Source: an uncultured Gemmatimonadales bacterium
Lineage (GTDB): Bacteria > Gemmatimonadota > Gemmatimonadetes > Gemmatimonadales > Gemmatimonadaceae
NCBI GenBank assembly: GCA_963850905.1
Contig: CAWKMU010000003.1
Span: 2,560,001-2,624,000 of the forward strand
DNA length: 64,000 nucleotides
Direction of reading: 5' to 3'
Shown here: positions 17,678 through 24,847 of the stretch, piece by piece
How the letters are laid out: the number at the start of each line of letters is the position of its first letter
Position numbering within the stretch: the stretch's first letter is position 1
Position numbers and translations under genes: made by a program
Notes under the pieces: generated by a model
The model's input: only the letters and a program-made list of their open reading frames with translations
Database searches by the model: none
Told to the model about the DNA's origin: nothing

Positions 17678-18504
17678 TCGACTTCCTGTTTACGGTCCTG
17701 CATTGGTGCGCGAGCTGCGCCCCGGCAGGTAACGGCGTTTCATTGGCGGTGGGCGCCCTCGGTGGGGGGGCAGGCGCAGCCGGAGGGATGGATGGAATGA
17801 GTGGCCTGGCCGGCGGAGGCTCGGGAGACGAACCCTTGTGGCAGATCTCGGGGACACAGAACGCCGATGGGTCGACCACGACGACGACGACAGCACCCGA
17901 CGGCACCGTCACGAACACGGTGACGACGCAGACCACGTACAACGCCGACGGGAGCAGCACGACGACGGGATCCGACGGCAGTACGACGACGACGCTGCCG
18001 GACACTCCCGTAGAAGGCGACCCCACGGCGGGCACCGCCGAGGCGAGCGACCAACCCTTATGGCAGGTCTCGGGGACACAGAACGCCGATGGGTCGACCA
18101 CGACGACGACGACAGCACCCGACGGCACCGTCACGAACACGGGGACGACGCAGACGACGTACAACGCCGACGGGAGCAGCACGACGACGGGATCCGACGG
18201 CAGTACGACGACGACGCTGCCGGACACTCCCGTAGAAGGCGACCCCACGGCGGGCACCGCCGAGGCGAGCGACCAACCCTTATGGCAGGTCTCGGGGACA
18301 CAGAACGCCGATGGGTCGACCACGACGACGACGACAGCACCCGACGGCACCGTCACGAACACGGGGACGACGCAGACGACGTACAACGCCGACGGGAGCA
18401 GCACGACGACGGGATCTGACGGCAGTACGACGACGACGCTGCCGGAGACCACCGTGGAAGGCGACCCCACCGCGACCACCGGCGAGGCAATCGCCCACCG
18501 GTAA
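17674..18504 (+). CDS. Thr/Asp/Gly-rich protein with three 74-aa tandem repeats
   Basis: ATGA overlap with PrsW stop, GGGGAG RBS; hydrophobic/Gly-rich N-terminus then D.PLWQ.SGTQNADGSTTTT...VEGDPTA x3. Confidence 0.7.
   Translation: MIDFLFTVLHWCASCAPAGNGVSLAVGALGGGAGAAGGMDGMSGLAGGGSGDEPLWQISGTQNADGSTTTTTTAPDGTVTNTVTTQTTYNADGSSTTTGSDGSTTTTLPDTPVEGDPTAGTAEASDQPLWQVSGTQNADGSTTTTTTAPDGTVTNTGTTQTTYNADGSSTTTGSDGSTTTTLPDTPVEGDPTAGTAEASDQPLWQVSGTQNADGSTTTTTTAPDGTVTNTGTTQTTYNADGSSTTTGSDGSTTTTLPETTVEGDPTATTGEAIAHR
17827..18473 (+). repeat. 222-bp near-identical tandem repeat x~3 (coding)
   Basis: Unit starts at 17827, 18049, 18271. Confidence 0.95.
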
Positions 18505-18548
18505 CCAGTCGAAGCGGCGTAAGACCGCCGTGCTGAGGCTTCGCTCTC

Positions 18549-18597
18549 GATAAGCCGCTGACTCTTTGTGAGTTAGCGGCTTTTGCGTTGATGCCAA
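18549..18597 (+). repeat. Diverged copy of the post-tRNA terminator/left-end sequence
   Basis: 41/49 ungapped identity to 7493-7541; hairpin AAGCCGCTGACTC/GAGTTAGCGGCTT retained. Confidence 0.8.
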
Positions 18598-18688
18598 ACT
18601 GCCATACCCCGGTCGCGGGACCGACACGCCTTCAACCCTGCGCGCGCATGTAACTGTCTAAGCGTTCACACCTTGAACGGAGCGTTGG

Positions 18689-19582
18689 GTGAACAGTTGC
18701 GGCCGGATACTTCGGGGCGTCGTCTTCGCCGGTCTCACGACTATGGCGATGTCAGGCGCCGAGGCGCAGGTGACCAGAGCTGACACGTTCGATTGGACCG
18801 GCCGCCTGCCTCCCGGGGCCACCCTCCGTGTCTTTGGCACCGACGGGGCGATCACGGTCTCGCGGGCCAGTGGTGACCAGGTGGTTGTCCATGGCCAACG
18901 ACAGTCCGACTACGGCCAGCATCACGACGATGGGCGCTGGACCGAGGGACCACTCGCGTTCGAGCGTTTGCAAGACGGCGACAACGTCACGCTGTGCGCC
19001 TACGAGGCGGACGAGGGATCATGCAGCGCAGACGGCGTGCACGAACACACGCACCACCACCGTTGGGACTCGAGCCCGTCCGCGGACTTCACCATCCAGG
19101 TGCCGGCGGGAATCCGGATCACGCTGGGTACCGGGGACGGCGACGTCAACGTTCGCGGCGCCGGCGCGGAGGTCTCCGCTTCGACGGGCGACGGTGACAT
19201 CACGGTCGACGAGACCAGCGGGCCGGTGCGCGCGTCGAGTGGTGATGGCAGGGTGTCGATTTCGACCACGACGGGGCCCGTCGAGGCGTCCACGGGCGAC
19301 GGTGCGATCGAAGTGCACATGTCATCCCTTTCCCATCCCCAAGACCTGCATTTCAGCACGGGGGATGGGTCGGTCACGCTCTACCTGCCAGCATCCATCT
19401 CCGCGGAGCTCGACATCAATACGGGGGACGGGCACATCGAGAGCGAGTTCCCCCTGGAAGTCCAGGGTCGACTCCACGCCCCGCACATCCACGCCGCAAT
19501 CGGCGGCGGCGGTCCGACGCGCTTGAGCATAACAACCGGGGATGGCGACGTTCGCATCAGAAAAGAAGCCGGTAGCCAGTAG
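18689..19582 (+). CDS. DUF4097/putative adhesin beta-strand repeat protein, secreted
   Basis: Signal peptide; DFTIQVP followed by repeated (S/T)TGDG.(I/V).(V/I) units. Confidence 0.85.
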   Translation: MNSCGRILRGVVFAGLTTMAMSGAEAQVTRADTFDWTGRLPPGATLRVFGTDGAITVSRASGDQVVVHGQRQSDYGQHHDDGRWTEGPLAFERLQDGDNVTLCAYEADEGSCSADGVHEHTHHHRWDSSPSADFTIQVPAGIRITLGTGDGDVNVRGAGAEVSASTGDGDITVDETSGPVRASSGDGRVSISTTTGPVEASTGDGAIEVHMSSLSHPQDLHFSTGDGSVTLYLPASISAELDINTGDGHIESEFPLEVQGRLHAPHIHAAIGGGGPTRLSITTGDGDVRIRKEAGSQ

Positions 19583-19686
19583 TCGGTCGCACCATGCGTT
19601 GGGTGACGCGAGACAACGCCTCGAGTCTGCCAAGGCCCTTCACGAAATGCCTCCCTTGGCAGTCCAGTCGGAGTCCGTCGCCGCGC

Positions 19687-19752
19687 ATAGCCGTCGCCTA
19701 TCGGCATTGTTGAAACAAAGTATTGGAGGCGCAGGTCGCGGGGGCCTAACAT
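19687..19752 (+). promoter_or_regulatory. LysR-type regulated promoter, copy B
   Basis: ATAG-N7-CTAT-N11-AAACAAAGTA-TTGGAG-N18-TAACAT. Confidence 0.75.
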
Positions 19753-19805
19753 GCGAGTGCGTACACGGTCACGCACATCGTCTGGCTCGCGGATTGGAGG
19801 TCGCT

Positions 19806-20273
19806 ATGGCACCGCACGTCGTTGGCACGCGTCGCCGTCTCGCTGCGGCGCTCCTCGTCGCTCTCGCACCCGTCGCGCTTTCCGCTCAACAGTCAGCGGC
19901 CAAGGGTGACTCGGGGGCGAAGAACAGTGGAACGTCCGCTCCGTCGGCCCAGGTTGGCGGGAGCGCAGCAGGCAACTCGTTGGTGCTGCCGACCTCAGGG
20001 AGCGCACCCCAGGAGGCGGTGCACAACACGACCACTCTGACCAATACCCAGATCGTCCACCCCTGGACCGGATCGAGCGGCACGGGAACGAGCGGAAGCT
20101 CGGGCTCCATCTGGCGATCCTGGACGGACACGTCATCGCACCTGCCCAATCTGAATGGCAAAGGCAACGACGTCGCGATCGAGCACATCCATCTCTCCCC
20201 GGGAAACATCGTGACCGGGTCCCCCCCGGGATCGAACAAGGACTCGACGTCGAAGAAGACGTCTCATCCGTAG
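19806..20273 (+). CDS. Secreted low-complexity protein with tail-tube-like motif
   Basis: GGAGG RBS, signal peptide ending LSA-Q, Ser/Gly/Thr-rich; contains PNLNGKGNDVAIEHIHL. Confidence 0.7.
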   Translation: MAPHVVGTRRRLAAALLVALAPVALSAQQSAAKGDSGAKNSGTSAPSAQVGGSAAGNSLVLPTSGSAPQEAVHNTTTLTNTQIVHPWTGSSGTGTSGSSGSIWRSWTDTSSHLPNLNGKGNDVAIEHIHLSPGNIVTGSPPGSNKDSTSKKTSHP

Positions 20274-20376
20274 AGCGGCGACCTCAGCCCATCCGCAGCC
20301 CGTCGTTCGCGGTCAGCCCCGCGAACTGCCGCCCCGTCCTGGCTATTTTTACCCCATACACACGGGAGGCGTAGAC

Positions 20377-21177
20377 ATGGCGGACACGATCGTGCTGATC
20401 AACGGGCTGTGGTTGACCGGGCTATCCTGGGAACACTGGGTCGAGCGCTACACCGCTCGCGGATATCGCGTGATCGCGAGGAGCTGGCCGGGAATGGAGG
20501 GCGACATCGAGGCGCTTCGGCGCGATCCATCGGCCATCGCCGGGCTCGGTCTCGACGCGATCGTCGATCACTATGATCGGATCGTGCGCGAGCTCGATCA
20601 TCCGCCGATCATCATGGGCCACTCGTTCGGTGGGCTGATCACTCAGATCCTGGTCGACCGCGGGCTTGGCACGGCAGGTGTGGCTATCCACCCAGCACCG
20701 ATCAAGGGCATCTGGGTGTTGCCATTCTCTGAGCTCAAGTCGGCCTTTCCCGCGCTCAAAAATCCCTTCGAGCAGCATCGCGCCGTAGCGCTCACGCTCC
20801 AGCAATTCAACTACGGCTTCACCAATTATTTGAGCGAGGAGGAGACGCGGCCGATCTATGAGCGCTATGCGGTGCCCGGACCGAACCACGTCCTTTTCCA
20901 GGCGAGCTTCGCCAATTTCAATCCCCACGCCGCCACGACGGTCAATGTCCACAACGACGAGCGCGCCCCGCTCCTCCTGATCGCGGGCGGCAAGGACCAC
21001 ACGGTCCCCGCCTCTGTGACGCAGGCGAACTACAAGCTGTTCGGGCACTCCACGGCCATCACCGACTTCAAGGAGTTTCCCGATCGTACGCACTGGACGA
21101 TCGGGCAGCCGGGCTGGGAGGACGTCGCCGACTACGCGCTCGACTGGGCGAGCCATCACGTTCCTGCTGCGCGCTGA
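20377..21177 (+). CDS. Alpha/beta hydrolase
   Basis: GGAGG RBS; GHSFGG nucleophile elbow, LLLIAGGKDH, C-terminal His (RTHW). Confidence 0.9.
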   Translation: MADTIVLINGLWLTGLSWEHWVERYTARGYRVIARSWPGMEGDIEALRRDPSAIAGLGLDAIVDHYDRIVRELDHPPIIMGHSFGGLITQILVDRGLGTAGVAIHPAPIKGIWVLPFSELKSAFPALKNPFEQHRAVALTLQQFNYGFTNYLSEEETRPIYERYAVPGPNHVLFQASFANFNPHAATTVNVHNDERAPLLLIAGGKDHTVPASVTQANYKLFGHSTAITDFKEFPDRTHWTIGQPGWEDVADYALDWASHHVPAAR

Positions 21178-21266
21178 TTGGCCGTCGGCCATCCCAAGCG
21201 TGATGCAGTGTCGTCTCCTTTCTCCTCTCTCCTTCCCCCTCTCTACGTGGCGAAGCGCCGTCCGGG

Positions 21267-21857
21267 CTAACCGCTAGAGGAAATCGCTCGCAGCGCCGAA
21301 TCGGCGCGCGCCGCAAACGCGCTGGCGTCGAGAAACGAACCAGAGAGGCCAGGTCGCCGCGGGAGATGCAGTTGGTGCATCCAGAAGTCCGGCGCTGGCG
21401 GCAGCGCGCCATCCCATCGCGCCTGTGGGCCATAGATCATGTACAGGTCCCAGGCGTCCTGGCCCAGTGTGAGAACGGTGTCGTACTGATGAACGAGCAC
21501 CGCTGAGTCATCCCAGAACTGCTGCGCGCGCGCGTCGGGAACGAAACGCGTGGCCGTGGGGACGTCCGACTCCTCACCGAACAGCTTCGGCACCCATACG
21601 ACGAACGCGGCAAGACGCGGATCTGGTTGTTTGGCGAGCAGGACCTGCTCGACTTCGGAAGCGCCCCGAAGACACTCGCCTCACGTTGGTGCAACCAGCA
21701 TGATGATGCGGACCTTCCCGACATTGGCATTGAACGCCGCCCGCAGGGGCGCGGCTGTCGCTCCGAGGACGCGATAGCTCGACGGCGGTCCCTTGGGCAT
21801 GCACGCACTCGCAAAGAAGGTGAATACGCCGGCGAGCACCACCTGGAAGCGCTTCAT
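21267..21857 (-). CDS. Thioredoxin-like selenoprotein lipoprotein (UxxC; in-frame UGA at codon 59, 21683-21681)
   Basis: ATG 21857 overlaps upstream stop; lipobox FASAC; RAAFNANVGKVRIIMLVAPT-U-GECLRGA continues in frame into the 21267..21593 ORF (VVWVP, QFWD, AWDLY..YGP..RW, FWMHQL). Confidence 0.82.
21653..21671 (-). promoter_or_regulatory. Candidate bacterial SECIS hairpin
   Basis: CUUCGGG-GCGCU-UCCGAAG; loop starts with G, 16 nt after the UGA. Confidence 0.45.
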
Positions 21858-22573
21858 CGCTCAATGACCCACAGTGCTGCACCGGCAATCCAGGCGATGC
21901 TCGCGATCGTGAGGCTCATTCGCATCCAGCGCCCAACGCCTATCGAGCAGGCCGGCCCGGCCGATCTAGCGCGGTACACGCGCCAATAACCCCCGAAGAT
22001 CAAGAGACCGGAAACGAGCAACAGAGGGAGCCGATAGGGTGCGAGCCCGGCCGCGGCGACCGCGCCGCCCGCTCCCAGCAGGAGAACCGTGATGGGGCCG
22101 GCGCAGCACAACCCGGCGAGCGCCGCCACTGACGCACTGGCGAGTCCACCGATCGCTGCGCCAGCTGCCAACAGCGACGGTTTGGCGGCGGCGCTTGTTC
22201 CACCCCGGGTCGGAGCGTGTGCTGGGCTGGCGTCGGATGGCGAAGCAATCCCTTCACGGACTCCGTCAGCGGCGCTCAACGCGGCCAGAATCATCGGCGC
22301 GGTCGGCGCCGGCACGAGCACACCTCCCGGGTCAACATAGATCCGGCAGCCCGAACCGGCATCGAGCGGCGTACAACCTGCCACGTCGCGCCCCGCGACG
22401 AGCACGCTCGGCGAGGCGTAGCCACGGACATAAGCTGGCGCATTCGGCGCGGTGCGCTCCCACTCCGTCCACACCGCTGCGCGGCCCAAACGAGTCATGG
22501 CTTCCCGCAGGTGTTCGCGAGCCTCGTCCACATGCGGGCACGCCTGGTCGAAGATCAACTCAATGCTCGACAT
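21854..22573 (-). CDS. Thioredoxin-like domain fused to MerT-like metal transporter
   Basis: N-term IELIFDQACPH...SPSVLVAGRD...CRIY; C-term three TM with LCCAGP, APYRLPL and a loop Cys; start overlaps merR stop. Confidence 0.75.
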   Translation of the reverse strand: MSSIELIFDQACPHVDEAREHLREAMTRLGRAAVWTEWERTAPNAPAYVRGYASPSVLVAGRDVAGCTPLDAGSGCRIYVDPGGVLVPAPTAPMILAALSAADGVREGIASPSDASPAHAPTRGGTSAAAKPSLLAAGAAIGGLASASVAALAGLCCAGPITVLLLGAGGAVAAAGLAPYRLPLLLVSGLLIFGGYWRVYRARSAGPACSIGVGRWMRMSLTIASIAWIAGAALWVIER

Positions 22574-22974
22574 CACGCGTCCGCCGGCTTCTCGAGAGCG
22601 TGGAGAATCGGGCAGTCGCCGGTGAGGTCCTGCCTCCGACACGCTGCGGCGAGCTCCGACAAGGTGTCCCGGATGCGCTGAAGGTGAGCCAGGCGCTCGT
22701 CGATTCGATCGATGGCCGCTTCGGCCCTGGATTCGACCCTCGCGCACGCGCGCTCGGACGTGACACGCAACGCCAGAAGCTGGGAGATTTCATCGAGCGT
22801 GAACCCCAGCGCTTGCGCGTGTTTGATGAAGCGGACCCGATTGACGGCGTCGGGCTGGTAGTCCCGATACCCCGATGGCTGGCGACTCGGCGCCGGCAAG
22901 AGCCCTCGGCGCTCGTAATATCGGAGGGTCTGGATGTTGACCGCGGCCTGCGCGGCGATTTGCCCGATCCGCAT
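22573..22974 (-). CDS. merR: Hg(II)-type MerR family regulator
   Basis: IGQIA...TLRYYERRGLL HTH, AQALGFTLDEI, three Cys (77, 112, 121; C-x8-CP) spaced like Tn21/Tn501 MerR C82/C117/C126. Confidence 0.85.
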   Translation of the reverse strand: MRIGQIAAQAAVNIQTLRYYERRGLLPAPSRQPSGYRDYQPDAVNRVRFIKHAQALGFTLDEISQLLALRVTSERACARVESRAEAAIDRIDERLAHLQRIRDTLSELAAACRRQDLTGDCPILHALEKPADA

Positions 22975-22980
22975 AGTCGT

Positions 22981-23012
22981 AGGCTAAACCGTATACCGCA
23001 GTATAGGGTCAA
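22981..23012 (-). promoter_or_regulatory. MerR operator/promoter, 20-bp spacer
   Basis: TTGACC-CTATACtgcgGTATACGGTT-TAGCCT; dyad inside the spacer; merR ATG 6 nt after the -10. Confidence 0.85.
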
Positions 23013-23141
23013 CCCCGGCCCTAAACCAATGGCAGCGACAGCCGTGAGGCCGTCGCTGCCATCGGTCGTGCAGTATCCTTCCGTTTCGAGGCGCTTCAGG
23101 GAGGTCGTCCCATCACACCTCTGGTGCGTTCACGTGCCGCG

Positions 23142-24752
23142 TTAGGGTGACGGCGTCGGTGGCGTGAGTGGCGTCGTGGGTGACAATCGGGCGTCGATAT
23201 AACTCTCGCCGCCGCGGTCTCGTGCCCGGATCGCTAGTGTGTTCGTCGCGCCGAGGTTCAGCAAGGAATTGCTCACGGTGAAGACGAAACCCGGAGCGTC
23301 CTGCGCGGCGCAGCCCTCGTGGATCACGAACAGTGGCGTCCCGCCGCTCGCGGTCGGTGTCACCGCTGTCCCGTTCACGAAGACTTCGACGTCGTTGTCG
23401 ACGGCAATGCCGACCTGCAGGTCCTGCGTCCACGATGCGGGGACGAAGAACGTGCTGCGCAGCAGGAAGATCGTGGATGGGTCTTGATCCAGGTTACCGG
23501 TGCTTGTTTGAATCGGGAAGGTCGGCCACACCGTGTTGAGGTAGGGCAGGGCGCTGAGCGCACACCCAAAGCCTTCACTCCCACTGCCGAACGGCGCATT
23601 GCCGAAGGCGGATGTGTTCACCACCCACGTGGGGTCGGGCACAAAGCTCGGCGCCTGGAAGCCCGGGATGTCGCCGGTTGCCGGCGCCGGAATCCCCGTG
23701 AAGGTCGGCGCGTGGTAAGTCCACTGACCGTTCCGGTACGCGTCGAAATCGTTTACGTCGACGATGCCAAATGGGCTGAATGACTTCGTCTTGCCGGTGA
23801 TGCCCCCACCCGTCACTAACGCATAGGCATCCGGGACGGCGAAGTCCGACAGCCTCGAGGCCAACTCTGAGGCCAATCCACCCACGTCGCCCTTCCGCGC
23901 GAGCTCGAGCAGATTTCGCCGTGGCGCCATGCCCAGGCCCACATCGCAGGCGAGGCCCAGATTGCCCGACGCTAAAGGAAGGACCTGTGCGGAATCTGCG
24001 CTCACGTTATGTGCGATGAACAGCTGACTCAGCGGCACGTGCACCTGGGTCGTGTCGACGCAGTCTTCGACTGTGAACGGCGGCGCCGATGCGCCCAGCT
24101 GCGGCGCTGGAGTGACCGAGTAGTCATAGAACGGCGGGAACTGTGCGAGCGGCGTGCAGAGCGGCCCCGAATACTGTGTGCACGTTGGCGTCTTGGCGTT
24201 GTCGGGGAGCCGCGTGATGACGACCACCTCTTGCGGCAGCTGCTGGGCGGCGAAGAGCGCCAGGCCGGCAGTCGCGGTTCCGGTCTTGATGATCGTATCG
24301 GTATTCGGCGGGACGATGGCCACAACGTTGTCGTCGAGGTTCGGCGACAGGTTGACGGTCAAGCCGACGTTGCAAAAGAGGCCGTTACCAAACGCAACGA
24401 CCGCCTGCGCCCCAGCGGTCGTCCCGGCGCCGGTCAACTTCCCCGCGTCGGACTGCTTCATGGTGAACGCGAACAGTTGCGCAGCGAGTTTCTGCGCTCC
24501 CGACATGTCATGATGATTGTACGCAATGATCGTAAGCTCGAAATCCGCGATGACGAGGCCGCGGAGGCCGGGAGGGAACAAATTGCGGATCATCGCTCTG
24601 ACGTCGTCCGGCGACGCGCATCCCGCGTTACCCCTGGTCTGCACGTTCGCTCTGACAGCTCCCGTCGGAATGCTCGAGAGGGAATTTGGATCCGTCGAGC
24701 ACGCGGCCATTGTGAGTGCAATTCCTACAGCACCTGCCTTACGCCATTTCAT
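23142..24752 (-). CDS. Lipoprotein with C-terminal galactose-binding-like jelly roll
   Basis: Lipobox MAAC; AVDNDVEVFVNG...NTLAIRARDRGG motif. Confidence 0.65.
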   Translation of the reverse strand: MKWRKAGAVGIALTMAACSTDPNSLSSIPTGAVRANVQTRGNAGCASPDDVRAMIRNLFPPGLRGLVIADFELTIIAYNHHDMSGAQKLAAQLFAFTMKQSDAGKLTGAGTTAGAQAVVAFGNGLFCNVGLTVNLSPNLDDNVVAIVPPNTDTIIKTGTATAGLALFAAQQLPQEVVVITRLPDNAKTPTCTQYSGPLCTPLAQFPPFYDYSVTPAPQLGASAPPFTVEDCVDTTQVHVPLSQLFIAHNVSADSAQVLPLASGNLGLACDVGLGMAPRRNLLELARKGDVGGLASELASRLSDFAVPDAYALVTGGGITGKTKSFSPFGIVDVNDFDAYRNGQWTYHAPTFTGIPAPATGDIPGFQAPSFVPDPTWVVNTSAFGNAPFGSGSEGFGCALSALPYLNTVWPTFPIQTSTGNLDQDPSTIFLLRSTFFVPASWTQDLQVGIAVDNDVEVFVNGTAVTPTASGGTPLFVIHEGCAAQDAPGFVFTVSNSLLNLGATNTLAIRARDRGGESYIDARLSPTTPLTPPTPSP

Positions 24753-24847
24753 ACAGTCCCTCTGCTCAGAGTGAAGACACGGAACCCACTGCGGGCAGCC
24801 GCGCGATGCGGCGTGTCCGCCCTGCACTTACCGGAGCGATGGTGTGG

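Noticed and set aside
17827..18473. CRISPR array
   Set aside because: 222-bp contiguous in-frame coding repeats with no unique spacers; no cas genes seen
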